Positions 1 through 13,904 are shown, counted from the stretch's first letter. The stretch is DNA of 64,000 nucleotides from Octopus sinensis (GCF_006345805.1 NC_043015.1:45694001-45758000); one strand, 5' to 3'. Made by a program: numbers and translations. Notes: generated by a model from the sequence alone, not told the origin.

Positions 1-215
1 CGGCTTCAGATGCAATACAGAGCTGGTGACGATATGTGCTGTTGACTTCTTGATCAATTGTCTGACACTTTATTCCTCTTCTCCTTCCTTCCTTCTTTCC
101 TTTCTTTGTTTCCTCTCTTGTGATCGATACAGGTAAAATTATTATCATAGCTTGAAGAGCTGCCCAACAGAAGCAAATTGATAATTTGTAGTAGGGCAAT
201 TGTGTACAGAGCATT

Positions 216-637
216 CTCTTTACTCTTTTACTCTTTTACTTGTTTCAGTCGTTTGACTGCGGCCATGCTGGAGCACCGCCTTTAGTCGAGCAAATCGACC
301 TCGGGACTTCTTCTTTGTAAGCCCAGTACTTATTCTATCGGTCTCTTTTGCCGAACCACTAAGTGATGGGGACACGAACACACCAGCATCGGTTGTCAAG
401 CAATGCTAGGGGGAACAAACACTGACACACAAACATATACACACACATACATATATATATATGTATATATACAACAGGCTTCTTCCAGTTTCCGTCTACC
501 AAATCCACTCACAAGGCTTTGGTCGGCCCGAGGCTATAGCAGAAGACACTTGCCCAAGATGCCACTCAGTGGGACTGAACCTGGAACCATGTGGTTGGTA
601 AGCAAGCCACTCACCACACAGCCACTCCTGCGCCTAT
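216..637 (-). mobile_element. tRNA-derived SINE family A
   Basis: Reverse complement of the head GGCGCAGGAGTGGCTGTGTGG (A box) ... GGTTCAGTCCC (B box); internal (TA)n(TG)n; (AAAAGAGT)n tail. Confidence 0.9.
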
Positions 638-1123
638 AAAATAATGCTGGGGCTCGTTGACAATTTCTTTTTTCTGTTTTAGATTTTTTGATTTATGGCT
701 TTAAGTTAAAAATTTGTCTCGATAATGACTTCTCATGTATCCTACACCAACGTTTCATCATACTCAACGTCCTCTTTTCCATGCTTGCATGGCTCAGACA
801 GAATTTATTTAGGCAGATTTTCTATGGTCAGATGCCCTTAATGTCATCATCCCTTACCTGTTTCCAAACAAAGTAATATTTCCCCACGGACAGACATGTT
901 TTCACAGAGTATTGGAAATGAGTGACATTGCTTGTATGACAACCACACTATATTTTCCTGATTCGTACTAATTATCCATACTCCTTGACCAGTAACTTGG
1001 GATTTTGCATGTAAGAATTTAATAACAAATTTTCTTCCAATTTTTTTTGGGTTGTCTGTGACACATAGTTTTAACTCACAAGTTATATGCAATTTAGTAA
1101 GCACTCAATGAACATATATATAT

Positions 1124-1508
1124 ATACTCTTTTACTTGTTTCAGTCATTTGACTGCGGCCATGCTGGAGCACCGCCTTTAATCGGGCAACTCGACCCCGG
1201 GACTTATTCTTTGTAAGCCCAGTACTTATTCTATCGGTCTCTTTTTGCCGAACCGCTAAGTGACGGGGACATAAACACACCAGCATCGGTTGTCAAGCAA
1301 TGCTAGGGGGACAAACACAGACACACAAACACACACATATACATATATACGACGGGCTTCTTTCAGTTTCCGTCTACCAAATCCACTCACAAGGCTTTGG
1401 TCGGCCCGAGGCTATAGTAGAAGACACTTGCCCAAGGTGCCATGCAGTGGCACTGAACCCGGAACCATGTGGTTGGTAAGCAAGCTACTTACCACACAGC
1501 CACTCCTG
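1124..1508 (-). mobile_element. SINE family A
   Basis: Near-identical to the copy at 216-637. Confidence 0.9.
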
Positions 1509-1779
1509 CTGGATGCCCTTAAATTGCCATTAAAAAATTGATTTATCTCCCCACTAAACAGTTGAGTTTATGGTGGCGACAAGAGATTAGATTAAAAGGG
1601 TTAGATCCTTTTGATCCAATACTTCAACATATTGTTGACTTTTGGCCTCCTCAATAGGCATGGTATGATTTGTTATAAAAAATGTTATTAGATTCATTAG
1701 ATGTTTTATTTTTTCAGTTGATTTATTATAAAAATATTATCAGATTCAATATGTTTAATCTTTTCACTTTTCATGTTTT

Positions 1780-1995
1780 ATTCTTTTATTCTTTTACTTG
1801 TTTCAGTCAATTGATTGTGGCCATGCTGGAGCACCGCCTTTAGTCGAGCAAATCGATCCCGGGACTTATTTTTTGTAAGCCCAGTACTTATTCTATCGGT
1901 CTCTTTTGCCGAACCGCTAAGTGATGGGGATGTAAACACACCAGCATCGGTTGTCAAGCAATGCTAGGGGGACAAACACAGACACACAAACACAT

Positions 1996-2026
<31 letters not shown>

Positions 2027-2191
2027 CGACAGGCTTCTTTCAGTTTCCATCTACCAAATCCACTCACAAGGCTTTGGTCGGCCCGGGGCTATAGTAGAAG
2101 ACACTTGCCCAAGGTGCCATGCAGTGGCACAGAACCCGGAACCATGTGGTTGGTTAGCAAGCTACTTACCACACAGCCACTCCTGCGCCTA
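1780..2191 (-). mobile_element. SINE family A
   Basis: Near-identical full-length copy. Confidence 0.9.
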
Positions 2192-2716
2192 TGTTTATAA
2201 ATTTTTAATTTTTTTTTTTATATACGTTTTATTGAGGGTTAAACAATTTTTTTAGTTAGAGATAACCCAATTTTTTAATGGGGGTGAGATAACCAAAACG
2301 TACCAAAAATCCGCCTCAATAAATTCTGCTTTATCCACGTCAGTATGGAAAAGTGGACATTAAAATGATAATCACACACACACACACATTCATTTTTAAA
2401 AATCCATTTTATTAGCATTTAATGTTTGCGAAGTTAAAGTGTTTATATTGTTGAGGCCTTTTTTTGTGGGTTAAGCACAGCAGAGTTTGTATTGTGTTAT
2501 TGTACTTAAATTCAGTATTACCATGAGGATGGTAACTCTTAACACTAAGAAACGGAGAGATCTTCTAAAGTAACATCTGACACAGATTGTTCCCTCTTCA
2601 CGGTGAACAGTGTTAAATGTCAAGTATAAGTGTGTGTGTGTGTGTGTGGTATGTATTGAGGGAACTGCACACTTACGATAACTTGTAGTCTGTTGTTCTG
2701 AAGAGAACAGTCATTA

Positions 2717-3125
2717 TTCATCATCATCATCGTTTAACGTCCGCTTTCCATGCCAGCATGGGTTGGACGGTTCAACTGGGGTCTGGGAAGCCCGACGGCT
2801 GCACCAGGCCAGTCTGATCTGGCAATGTTTCTACAGCTGGATGCCCTTCCTAACGCTAACCACTCCGTGAGTGTAGTGGGTGCTTTTTATGTGCCACCGA
2901 CACAGGTGCCAGACAAGGCTGGCGAATGGCCATGCTCAGATGGTGCTTTTTACATGCCACCGGCACGGAGGCCAGGTGAGGCTGGCAACAGCCACGATCG
3001 GATGGTGTTTGTTACGTGCCACCGGCACGGAGGCCAGTCGATGTGGCGCTGGCTATGGCTACGTTTGGATGGTTCTCTTACGTGCCACCGGCACTGGTAT
3101 CACAACTACAGATTCCATTGATGTT
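2717..3125 (-). mobile_element. RTE LINE 3' UTR fragment
   Basis: (GAT)n tail on the minus strand; the same sequence is contiguous with RTE ORF2 at 56303-58000 and 38238-39390. Confidence 0.75.
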
Positions 3126-3673
3126 GATCTTGGAAATTATTATGATGTGTGTTGGTACACCTTAACCTTCTTGTTACCATATTTCTGTTGAAATACACTT
3201 GCTTTTGTCCCAAAATTAATTTGGGAAAATTAACGAAGGATTTATCAAAATAACCTTGTTGTTATTAATCTAGTTTCTGGAACATGAAATTTCATAGAAT
3301 TTTGGTGAAAGTTTAAAAAAAAAATTTTAATTAGATCTCTTTAAAACAAGGGATTTGTATTATAAAGGGGCAGTGTTAGGTGGGTAGATATCATCATCAT
3401 CATTGTTTTAATGTCCACTTTTCCATGCTTGCATGGGTTGGATAGAGTATGTTGAGGTATATTTTCTGTGCCACCTTGACCAAGTGCAAGATGGTTGGAT
3501 AATATCCATAACTTCAGGAAAGTGCAATGATGGTTGTTCTGATAATAACTTATGGAGGAAGTGCCAGAGCACTCTACCGTCATTATCGCGGGGCTGCAAA
3601 AATGGATGGATATATTGAACTAGTATATGTGGATTAGGCTGAATGTTTTAGGGTGTGACCTTGGAAAATACCA

Positions 3674-4140
3674 TCATCATCATCATCATCATCGTTTAAC
3701 GTCCGCTTTCCATGCTAGCATGGGTTGGACTAATGACTGAGGGCTGGTGAACCAGATGGCTGCACCAGGCTTCAATCTTGATCTGGCAGAGTTTCTACAG
3801 CTGGATGCCCTTCTTAACACCAACCACTCTGAGAGTGTAGTGGGTGCTTTTACGTGTCACCGGCATGGGGCCAGTCAAGCAGTACTGGCAACGACCTCGC
3901 TCGAATCTTTTACACATGCCACCGGCACAGGTGCCAGTAAGGCCATGCTGGTAACGATCACTCTCTAATGGTCTTTTATGTGCCACCGGCACGGAAGCCA
4001 GATAGCCGCTCTGGCAACAATCACGCTTGGATGGTGCTCTTAATACCCTACTAGCACGGGGCTCGAGTGCCAGTAAGGCGACACTGGTAACGATCACGCT
4101 CGAATGGTGCCTTTTAAGTGTCACTGGCACGGAAGCCGGT
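3674..4140 (-). mobile_element. RTE LINE 3' UTR fragment with internal subrepeats
   Basis: (GAT)n tail, GGAAGGGCATCCAGCTG-type core, several tandem GGTGCTTTTACGTGCCACCGGCAC-like units. Confidence 0.75.
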
Positions 4141-4571
4141 TGTGGTATAATCATAAAATTAAATGTTCCATTATAGAAAGTTTAAAGAGTTACAGGTTTC
4201 CTGTGGCTTTTGAATATAACATCAGTGATCTGATGACAGTTAGATAGGTATTACTTACAAAATATGAGAGACTTTGCAATTCAAATAAAACGGAAGGTGC
4301 TCACAAACAAATTTGGAGGATTTGTAGAAGCTTGTAGCTGTGGAATGTCCATGTTCACACCTTGGTGTTGACTTATCACCTCTCTGTTGTATTTGATTTT
4401 ATGTACTGGGTTTTTAACCAGATTTATTTTGTTTTTAGCCCACACGTTTATTGTGTGTATATGTGTAGGAAAGAGAGAGACAATGTCAGATTGATAGCTT
4501 TGGCCTGTTTCAGCTCTCTCTGCTGAGTGCAAATCCTGTGTAGGTCAAGTTTATGTTTTAACCTTTCATTG

Positions 4572-4783
4572 TTAACCCTTTCGTTACTGTATTTATTTTG
4601 AGATGTTCTGTGTTTCTTTCAATTACTTTAAATATAACAAAGAATTTAGTAAAATAACTTAGTTATCATTCAGCTTGTATTAGGAACATAAATTGTGACT
4701 AAGGTTTGGTGGAAGATTTTAATTGAAACCTTGTACAACAGAGCCAGAGCCGGTTTCAGCCGGGTCGGTAACGAAAGGGTTAA
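4572..4783. mobile_element. piggyBac-type MITE family 1
   Basis: TTAA|CCCTTTCGTTAC ... GTAACGAAAGGG|TTAA; other copies at 13905-14132 and 42021-42249. Confidence 0.85.
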
Positions 4784-5025
4784 AGTACCAATAAAGTACC
4801 AATCCTGGACAGTGGATTCATGGAATGTGAGTGTGGGCAAATACACCCTGTGGCATCTGTTTCAACTCAGTACATTCTTTCACTGGTTTAAAAGGGAAAA
4901 ATAACCTCTAAGTAAATGGTGATAGGCTTATGAAATTCTTAAGTACCCAGATATATCGGCTGACCATTCTCACGGTCAGAAAGCTGACAGGGAAATTACA
5001 AGGGTACTGTGCAGCTGTTTGCATA

Positions 5026-5434
5026 TAGGCGCAGGAGTGGCTGTGTGGTAAGTAGCTTGCTAACCAACCACATGGTTCCGGGTTCAGTCCCTCTTTGTGG
5101 CATCTTGGGCAAGTGTCTTCTGCTATAGCCCCAGGCCGACAAATGCCTTGTGAGTGGATTTGGTAGACGGAAACTGAAAGAAGCCCATCGTATATATGTA
5201 TATATATATGTATGTATGTATGTGTATATGTTTGTGTGTCTGTGTTTGTCCCTCCAACATCGCTTGACAACCAATGGTGGTGTGTTTACGTCCCCGTTAC
5301 TTAGCGGTTCGGCAAAAGAGACCGATAGATTAAGTACTAGGCTTACAAAGAATAAGTCCTGGGGTCGATTTGCTCGACTAAAGGTGGTGCTCCAGCATGG
5401 CCGCAGTCAAATGACTGAAACAAGTAAAAGAGTA
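5026..5434 (+). mobile_element. SINE family A
   Basis: Full-length: head, internal microsatellite and tail. Confidence 0.9.
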
Positions 5435-6889
5435 ATGAATGATAATTCTCTCTTTCTCTCCCCCCCCACTCTATGGACTCTCCTGTTGAAGACAATATGT
5501 GAGCGTTTAGCTTTTGTTGAATGACCTGCACAAATGATTTGTTTACTGTGATCAAATGTCTGCGCTCACTCCCTCCATCAAATTGGCATTACCTGAACAG
5601 GTGCACAGTATACCATGTATCAGGTGTCGAAGAGATTGCAGAGCAATGTGAGATGAAGTGTTTTGCTCTATTACATAATGCACCACCCAGTCTACGAATC
5701 CACCCAGATTCTCGCAGTTGTGAGTGCTATACCCTAACGACTAGGCCACATGCCCTCATCATCATTTAATCTCTCATTTTCCATGCTTTGGTATAGTTTC
5801 TATTGATGGATGCCTTTCCTAATGCCGCCACCCACTTTACAGAGTGTGCTGGGTGCTTTTTTCATGATCACACCTGATTCTGCATATTTGTACATTTTCT
5901 GTGTTGGTGTAGTTTAACCCTAGGCTAATCCTGATTTAAAAACTATAATGAAAGGCATTCCAAATGCAGTCATCCAGTTTTTTTAAGGGTTATATAAGAT
6001 TACATTATCTTATGTACTTCATCATCATCATTTAACGTTTGTTTTCCATGCAGGCATGGGTTGGACGGTTTGATCAGAGCTTGTAAGGCCTGGGGCCTCA
6101 CCAGGCTCCATTGTGTGTTCTGGCATGGTTTCTACGGCTATAAGCCCTTCCTAATGCCAACCACTACACAGTGTACTGGGTGCTTTTTATGTGGCACCAA
6201 AACGAGTGCCTTTTATGTGACACTGGCACTAGTGTCAATTTTGAGTACAACAGCGTGCCAGATACCTTGGTCCTTAGTCATCTTTATAAGGCTCAATGTC
6301 TTGGTTTGAAAACAGTAAGATATTATTTGAGGGTGATTTGGCTACTTTTTCTAGCAGGCAAAGTGACCACATAGAGGTTTCCCCAGCTGGTATTGTTGCA
6401 ATTGTTCTTAAAGCTGGATGTTCACGCTAGTGCTAATTAAATTAGTCAAAATGAAACTTGATCTATCAGCCATTACACTGAGGCAATCAAAGTTATGTGT
6501 CTGTTCAGGAGTGCAATACAGTGGGTGTAATAAGCTTTAAACTCCTGATTATGACTTCAAGTTCTCTGCAAGTATTTCATTGTGTTTTTTTACCCATGCC
6601 AACATAGAACGGTAAACGATGATGGTAGTGATTTCATTCTACATTACAATTATGTCACTTGGGAATGGGTACTGGGGTTTTCAGAGAGTTCCCTACGATA
6701 ATTTAGTATTTGCATATACAGGAGAAAAAAAATCATCTCCTTGTTTTATTGCTATAAAAACCCATCAAATTTAGGAAGATTAATATTTTTGTTTCAGATA
6801 TCTTAATCTCTCAAGCATTATTTCAAATTTATCACTTTCAAATATTCTTGAATTGTAATGTAAATATTTATCGTTTATTTTTTATTTAT

Positions 6890-7069
6890 TTGTCATTGGA
6901 CTGTGGTTTTGCTGGGGTATTGCCTTGATGGGATTAAACAAGTTGACCCCAGTATTTTTTAAGTTTGGTACTTATTCTATCAGTCTTTTTTGCCAAACCA
7001 CTAAGTTGCAGGGGATGTAAACAAACCATTACCAGTTATCAAGTGATAGTAGTGGAGGAGACTAACACA

Positions 7070-7112
<43 letters not shown>

Positions 7113-7280
7113 CCATACATTTAAACATATATACACTGGGCTTCCACACAGTTTTCCTCTATCACATCGACTCACAAGGCATTGATCAGTCCGGGGCCAT
7201 AGTAGAAGGTGCCCAAACAGTGGGTCTGAACCCCAAACCACATGGTTGCAAAGTGAACTTCTTAACCATACAGCCATGTG
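6890..7280 (-). mobile_element. diverged SINE family A relative
   Basis: Recognisable tail, body and B-box remnants with many substitutions. Confidence 0.65.
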
Positions 7281-8057
7281 TGCACCTGTTAGTCAATTCT
7301 AATTATATTAACATGCAAATAAGCTTAACACACAGTAGACCCGTTATCCTTCTTAATTACTATTTTGTAAGCAGTTTTCTTTCTGTTATCTTTCTCATTA
7401 TTTATCTTACTTCAAATTACTAATTTTTATTGCGTGGCTATGTCTTGGAAAATTTAATTAAAATTCCATTGATTTAAAGAAGACAAAAAAAAAACGAATT
7501 ATTAGGCATTCGTGTTTCTTTTTCAAGTTTAAATTGTCTTTTTATTGTTAGGGTTTATTATTTCTTGTTGTCTCCCCAAAATTAGATGTTGCTTATATTC
7601 CCAGTTGTATTCAGAAAAAGAGCCGTTAATGTAAACGATTTCACTGCAAAAGTTTTCGATGTAAACGAGTTTTAGATAAAGCACCAGTTTGAGATAGATA
7701 AGAGAAATTGGCCCCACTGATGGAACACGATTGAATTTTCTATGTCAGCTTGGTCCGATACATTTGTTATATTGTATTGAATGTTGCCAAACCAGCCCAT
7801 TTAATTTCCCTCCGATCAAGTTACGAATCAATAGAGCTTCTATGTGGCAACTTGTCCTCTTCAGTCTAACAGCTGAATTTCTATCATGCGTTTTTTCTAC
7901 TCTCAGAAGACCTTAAGAGAGCTATGCTCTTGAGAGATCACTATGGTTTATACCAATTTGTTAGATATCACACTTCTTTGTCAGCCTGTGGGAGAGAAAA
8001 AGAAATGAAACAAAATCAATATGATCATTGATAGAACGAGCAATATGTTTTAATTTA

Positions 8058-8282
8058 TTACCCTTTAGCATTTATGCTGGCCAAAATATTCTATCTGTTT
8101 CATGCTCAAACTGGTCAGATCTGGTCCCTCATACCTACCTTACAATGTCATGCTAAAAAAAAAACAAAAAAAAACTATCTCATCAAAATCTTGAAGCTAT
8201 GGGATAATGCATGATTAATTCAAAACAAAGCGAATAAATATACATTGCATTTGGCAGAGTAATCTGAATGCTAAAGGGTTAA
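8058..8282. mobile_element. piggyBac-type MITE family 2
   Basis: CCCTTTAGCA ... TGCTAAAGGG|TTAA termini; several related copies in the window. Confidence 0.8.
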
Positions 8283-8567
8283 GGAAAATGCCGTTGCCAG
8301 CCTTGCCTGGCCCTCGTGCCAGTGGAACATAAAAAGCACCATCCGACCGTGGCCGTTTGCCAGCCCTGTCTGGCCCCTGTGCCGGTGGCACGTAAAAAGC
8401 ACCCACTACACTCACAGGGTGGTTGGCGTTAGGAAGGGCATCCAGCCATAGAAACATTGCCAGATCAGACTGGGCCTGGTGCAGCCTTCTGGCTTCCCAG
8501 ACCCCAGTTGAACCGTCCAACCCATGCTAGCATGGAAAGCGGACGCTAAATAATGATGATGATGATG
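8283..8567 (+). mobile_element. RTE LINE 3' UTR fragment
   Basis: Ends in (GAT)n; same family as 2717-3125. Confidence 0.75.
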
Positions 8568-8569
8568 AT

Positions 8570-8803
8570 CTTTTATCTTTTATTGTTTCAGTCATTTGAC
8601 TGTGGCCATGCTGGGGTACTGCCTTGAATGGTTGGTTTTAGTTGAACAAATTCACCCTAGGACTTATTTTTAAAGCCTGGTACTTATTCTATCTGTCTCT
8701 CTTTGCTGAACCGCTAGGTTACGGAGATATAAACACACTAACATTGGTTGTTGAGCAGTGGTGGGGCACAAACACTGACACAAAGATACACACACATAGA
8801 GAA

Positions 8804-8836
<33 letters not shown>

Positions 8837-9000
8837 AGGCTTTTTCAGTTTCTGTTTACCAAATCCACTCTCAAAGCTTTGCCTGACCTGAGATTAGCAG
8901 AACACACTTACCCAAGGTGCCATGCAGGGGGACTGAACCTAAAACCATGCGGTTGGTAATCGGGAAGCAAGCTTCTTACCACACAGACACGTCTGCGCCT
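8570..9000 (-). mobile_element. diverged SINE family A relative
   Basis: Tail, body, (CA)n and head remnants. Confidence 0.65.
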
Positions 9001-9146
9001 GTAGCAGAATAATTTGAATTCATGGTTTCTATATATGAAATTTTACATAAGAAAGATAGAAAAGTTATATAAATAAAATTACATATTTATAAATATATTA
9101 GGAGGAATGGAAGTCTATTTCAGAAGGCATAGTTTACCCTATAGGC

Positions 9147-9525
9147 CAGTGTTTCTCAGCCTTTTTACCCTTGCGTAACCCTTAAAATAAAATATGTGTC
9201 TCAAGGAACCCCTGCACAAAAAAATTATATGCCATTTCTTTCTCATATTTTTTTCATTGTAGTTCATGTGATAAATATCATATGCATGCATACATCCATC
9301 CATACATATGTATATACATACATACATATGGTTGTTATATTTTTTGATAACATAATGGGTTAAAATAGGATGATGTCTATATTACAGTAACCAATAATGT
9401 GTTGTGCATGTATAATAATATTACTCTCATGAAATTAGCATTAACTTATTTCACTTTTTTGGAGAACCCCTGGGAACCTTTTGTGGAACCCTAGGGTTCT
9501 GGGGAACCGCGGTTGAGAAATGCTG
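9147..9525. mobile_element. hAT-type MITE
   Basis: TIRs CAGTGTTTCTCA / TGAGAAATGCTG; 8-bp TSD CTATAGGC / CTATAGTC; related to 40619-41191. Confidence 0.85.
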
Positions 9526-9774
9526 CTATAGTCAACTGGCTGGATCCAGCCAGTTTGCAAAATAAAGCAAGTAGAATATTTGGGCTGCATATGGCCAGTT
9601 TAGATACTAAAGGGTTAATTGGATCTGAATTAAAACTTTCCATCTAAATTTTATTTCAATTTCTGTTTTAAACAACAAATTAATAATGATTTCAAATTTT
9701 GGTGCAAGATCGTCAGTTTGGGGTGAGAGGTAAGTTGATTACGTTGACCAGTAATTAGGAGGGAGGGGGAAAGT

Positions 9775-10165
9775 TGATTACATTGACCCCAGTGCTCAAC
9801 TGGTACTTATTTTATTGACACCAGAAGGACGAAAGGCAAAGCTGACCTTGGTGGAATTTGAACTTGGAATGTAAAGACGGATAAAATGCCGCTGTGTATT
9901 TTGCCTGGCATGATAATGATTCTGCCAGCTTGCCACCATAAACAACAGAGTAATACTCCTTTCTATTAACGGCACAAGGCCTGAAATTTTGCGGGAGGGG
10001 ACTAATCAATTACATCAACACCAGTGTTTCACTGGTACTTAATTTATCAACCCTGAAAGGATGACAGGCAAAGTTGACCTTGGCAGAATTTGAACTCAGA
10101 ATGTAAAGAAGGATGGAATATGTTAAGCATTTTGCTTGGCATGCTAACGATTCTGCCAGCTTGCC
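9775..10165 (-). mobile_element. two diverged tandem SINE family B copies
   Basis: Each has the reverse complement of GGCGGCAAGCTGGCAGAA ... GAGTTCAAATTC ... CCTTTCATCC. Confidence 0.75.
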
Positions 10166-10224
10166 GCCTTACACAGCAGATTAATAATGATATGGACAAA
10201 GTTATTTTACTAAATTCTTCAGGT

Positions 10225-10725
<501 letters not shown>

Positions 10726-11044
10726 AGGAAACAAAGATTTTTTTTTTAAATAACATTATATTTTATTTTAAGATTTAAATAAAAAGAAACAACAAAGAAT
10801 AAAGATAAGAAAGGAAGAGAAAGAAAAGGAAAGAAAAAGGTGTTGGTAGTAGGGGTTAAAGCAGTGAAAGATGGAGGGGTTGGGCGATGGGCCACATATC
10901 TCGGAACAGATGGTGTGTTCAGGCATGCTCTGCAGTAATGACGATTATGGTGATGCTGCGGAGAATGATCAGCAATACTCATTGCAGTAGCCACTCCATC
11001 TCATGGGGCTCATTTGTCTTGACAGGCCACTTTCATCTTCTGCT

Positions 11045-11350
11045 ACAAGATCCAGTCCATTGTTGTGTGTGTCTTGTGGGCCTCAATGACCCTGAGAGCT
11101 ATGCCAGCAGAGCACAAGCTCCTGGTGGAGGCTCTTAAGCTGGATAGGTCAAAGGATAGAGGACAGAGTTATATGGACCACCTCTTCCCAGCAGTATAAA
11201 CAGGTCTGCATAGGGCCAACACCCCTATCTAGAAAAAAAGGAAAAAGTTTAGGAGAGAAAGGCCTTCATACTGGAGCAGTGGCCCTGATTGCCCAGAGTT
11301 GAGGATAATGGAGAAAAGTCTTCAATGGCCAGTGCTTTTTAAGGAGTGAA
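11045..11350 (+). mobile_element. short RTE-derived non-autonomous element
   Basis: Shares CCTCAATGACCCTG, CACAAG.TCCTGG and GGACCACCTCTTCCCAG with 26300-26645 and related blocks with 63100-63500. Confidence 0.55.
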
Positions 11351-11709
11351 TGGCTTAAGTAAGGACGACATTATCTACAAGTTGTTTTGGTTTTGTTTAA
11401 ACCTTTAGCATTAAAAACTGTCATGTTTTTATCCGGCCCACATGTGTTTTATGTTCTAACCAGCCAGATCCAGCCTATCACACCTACCTTTCAATGCCAT
11501 TCTAAAAACAAAGCAATCATATCAAAATATCAAAGCTATGAGATAATACTAAGGATATAAACATACATACATACATATATAAAGAGAGAGAGGATAGATA
11601 GATAGATAGATAGTTAGATAGATAGATATAAAATTATATAAAATTATAATCGTACTCCTGTCCGATTAATAAATTCATAATTCGTTTCGAAGAATTTCTG
11701 ATAATATTC

Positions 11710-11800
11710 CAGAGTATTGATGAATTCTTTGCCCTGAAACCACCTCAGTTCTGGGAAGAGTGTATTTTCAAATTAAAGGAAAGATGGAGAACTCTTTACA
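11710..11800 (+). pseudogene. mariner transposase C-terminal remnant (QSIDEFFALKPPQFWEECIFKLKERW)
   Basis: Translation resembles the mariner C-terminal FF..K...F...GI.KL.ERW motif. Confidence 0.65.
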
Positions 11801-11939
11801 TGAACACCACCCTGTACATAACTCCATGTCCCCCTACATGACCTTGCTTTTTGAGCCAAAAAATTAACTAACTAACTAACATGATTAATTAAAAACGATG
11901 TGAATGAAAGAGCATTACATTTGACAGAATGTCTGAATG

Positions 11940-12162
11940 CTAAAGGGTTATACCGACTGTATCTGGCCCAAATATTATACCTGTCTTATGTTCAAACCTG
12001 CTAGATCCAGCCTCTCACACCTACTCAACATTTGTTCCTCTGAACGTAAATCGTCACATCATTGAAATCTCAAAGCTGTGAGATAAGGCAAGATTAATTC
12101 AAAACAATGTAAATGAATAAGCATTATATTTGACAGTCAAATCTGAATGTCAAAGGGTTAAG
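11940..12162. mobile_element. piggyBac-type MITE family 2
   Basis: Body and AAAGGGTTAA end; partial copies also at about 11395-11545 and 11880-11950. Confidence 0.7.
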
Positions 12163-12281
12163 GGAGTTTGTCTGCTATTTCTAACATATCAAGTCTCTGC
12201 AAAGAGGCCACCTTTTCGCTTGGTCACTCTATGTTGGTATTTCTCTTTTCTGATGTTGTTTGTCTCTTTTTTCTTTATAAT

Positions 12282-12917
12282 CCTATTTCTTTACTACCCT
12301 CAAGGGGCTAAACACAGAGGGGACAAACAAGGACAGACAAATGGATTAAGTCGATTATATCGACCCCAGTGCGTAACTGGTACTTATTTAATTGACCCCG
12401 AAAGGATGAAAGGCAAAGTCGACCTCAGCGGAATTTGAACTCAGAACGTAGCGGCAGACGAAATACCTATTTCTTTACTACCCACAAGGGGCTAAACATA
12501 GAGGGGACAAACAAGGACAGACAAATGGATTAAGTCGATTATATCGACCCCAGTGTGTAACTGGTACTTATTTAATCGACCCCGAAAGGATGAAAGGCAA
12601 AGTCGACCTCGGTGGAATTTGAACTCAGAACGTAGCGGCAGACAAAATACCGCTAAGCATTTCGCTCGGCGTGCTAACGTTTCTTATTTCTTTATTGTCA
12701 AACAAGGGGCTAAACACAGAAGGGACAAATAAGGACAGACAAACGGATTAAGTTGATTATATCGACCCCAGTGCGTAACTGGTACTTATTTAATCGACCC
12801 CAAAAGGATGAAAGGCAAAGTCCACCTCGGTGGAATTTTAACTCAGAACGTAGCGGCAGACAAAATACTGCTAAGCATTTCGCCCGGCGTGCTAACGTTT
12901 CTGCCAGCTCGCCGCCT
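12282..12917 (-). mobile_element. SINE family B head-to-tail trimer
   Basis: Three units; the first has a 184-bp period; full tRNA-like head only at 12890-12917. Confidence 0.9.
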
Positions 12918-13310
12918 TCAATCCAATATCTTTGGCTGGTTGTATAAGCTTCATCATTGTTTAACGTCTGTTCTCCATGCTAGCATGGGTTGGACCATGT
13001 TATACATTAAGAAAAATGTAGTGAATTATCCAACATATATTGTTGAGTCGGAATTAGTATATTTTATACAATAGTGTGTATGTTTCATATTTTCGAATGC
13101 TTATATTTTGCTAAGAACAGTATTTCTCTTTCAGTAATTTTTAAAAGATACGTTCCAATCTTTCCTGTTCTGTTTTATTTGGTTGTTTTTCATTTGGATA
13201 ATCCATCTTGTGCTATCAATTTATCTCGAGATTAATAAATTAGATTGGATTGAAACTCAAGCATGCATGTTTCACTAGTCATCAGAACGAGGCAGATAAC
13301 ATGAAAGAGA

Positions 13311-13540
13311 GGCGGCGAGCTGGCAGAAACGTTAGCATGCTGGGCGAAATGCGTAGCCGTATTTCGTCTGCCATTACGTTCTGAGTTCAAATTCCGCCGA
13401 GGTCAACTTTGCCTTTCATCCTTTCGGGGTCGATAAATAAAGTACCAGTTTCGCACTGGGATCGATATAATCGACTTAATCCATTTGTCTGTCCTTGTTT
13501 GTCTTCTCTGTGTTTAGCCCCTTGTGGGTAGTAAAGAAAT
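13311..13540 (+). mobile_element. SINE family B, full-length with TSD
   Basis: A box TGGCAGAAACG, B box GAGTTCAAATTCC; 17-bp TSD AGATAACATGAAAGAGA at 13294-13310 and 13541-13557. Confidence 0.92.
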
Positions 13541-13904
13541 AGATAACATGAAAGAGAGGGGGAGAAAGAAGAGGGAAAGAGGGAGACAGAAAAGGAATAA
13601 GTGAACTGCAGTGGTTTGTGATTGGCTTTTAATCACTTCACTGAGAAGAGATCTGTTTGACATAATATGGAGATTGAGGAAGCTGGTTTCTGTAAATTTT
13701 AAGGTTGATGATGTCCTAGTAGTTGGAGTTTCATGTAGACATTCCCACACATTATAGAAATGTGGTTCTGAAAATCTTATTTTTTGTTGGCGACCTTTGG
13801 TGTGGAGGTCAATGAGAAAATACATTTTGTGTTATGGAATTCCACGTTACAAAAGATTTTTAAGAGCACAATGCTTCTTGTAACACACAGTAAGGACATC
13901 TTTA

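Noticed and set aside
60-215. Plus-strand pyrimidine tract and ACAG at about 132 as a possible upstream RSF1 exon
   Set aside because: All frames close quickly and there is no RSF1 similarity; at most an unsupported UTR exon.
403-639. Recurrent MLGGTNTDTQ.../...[20 protein letters not shown] ORFs in many places
   Set aside because: Incidental reading frames of SINE A copies; they vary in frame and length and do not form a gene family.
7700-7985. Strong minus-strand acceptor (TTTCTTTTTCTCTCCCACAG) suggesting an antisense gene exon
   Set aside because: All three frames stop within about 30 nt, and I found no partner exons; cannot be supported without RNA data.
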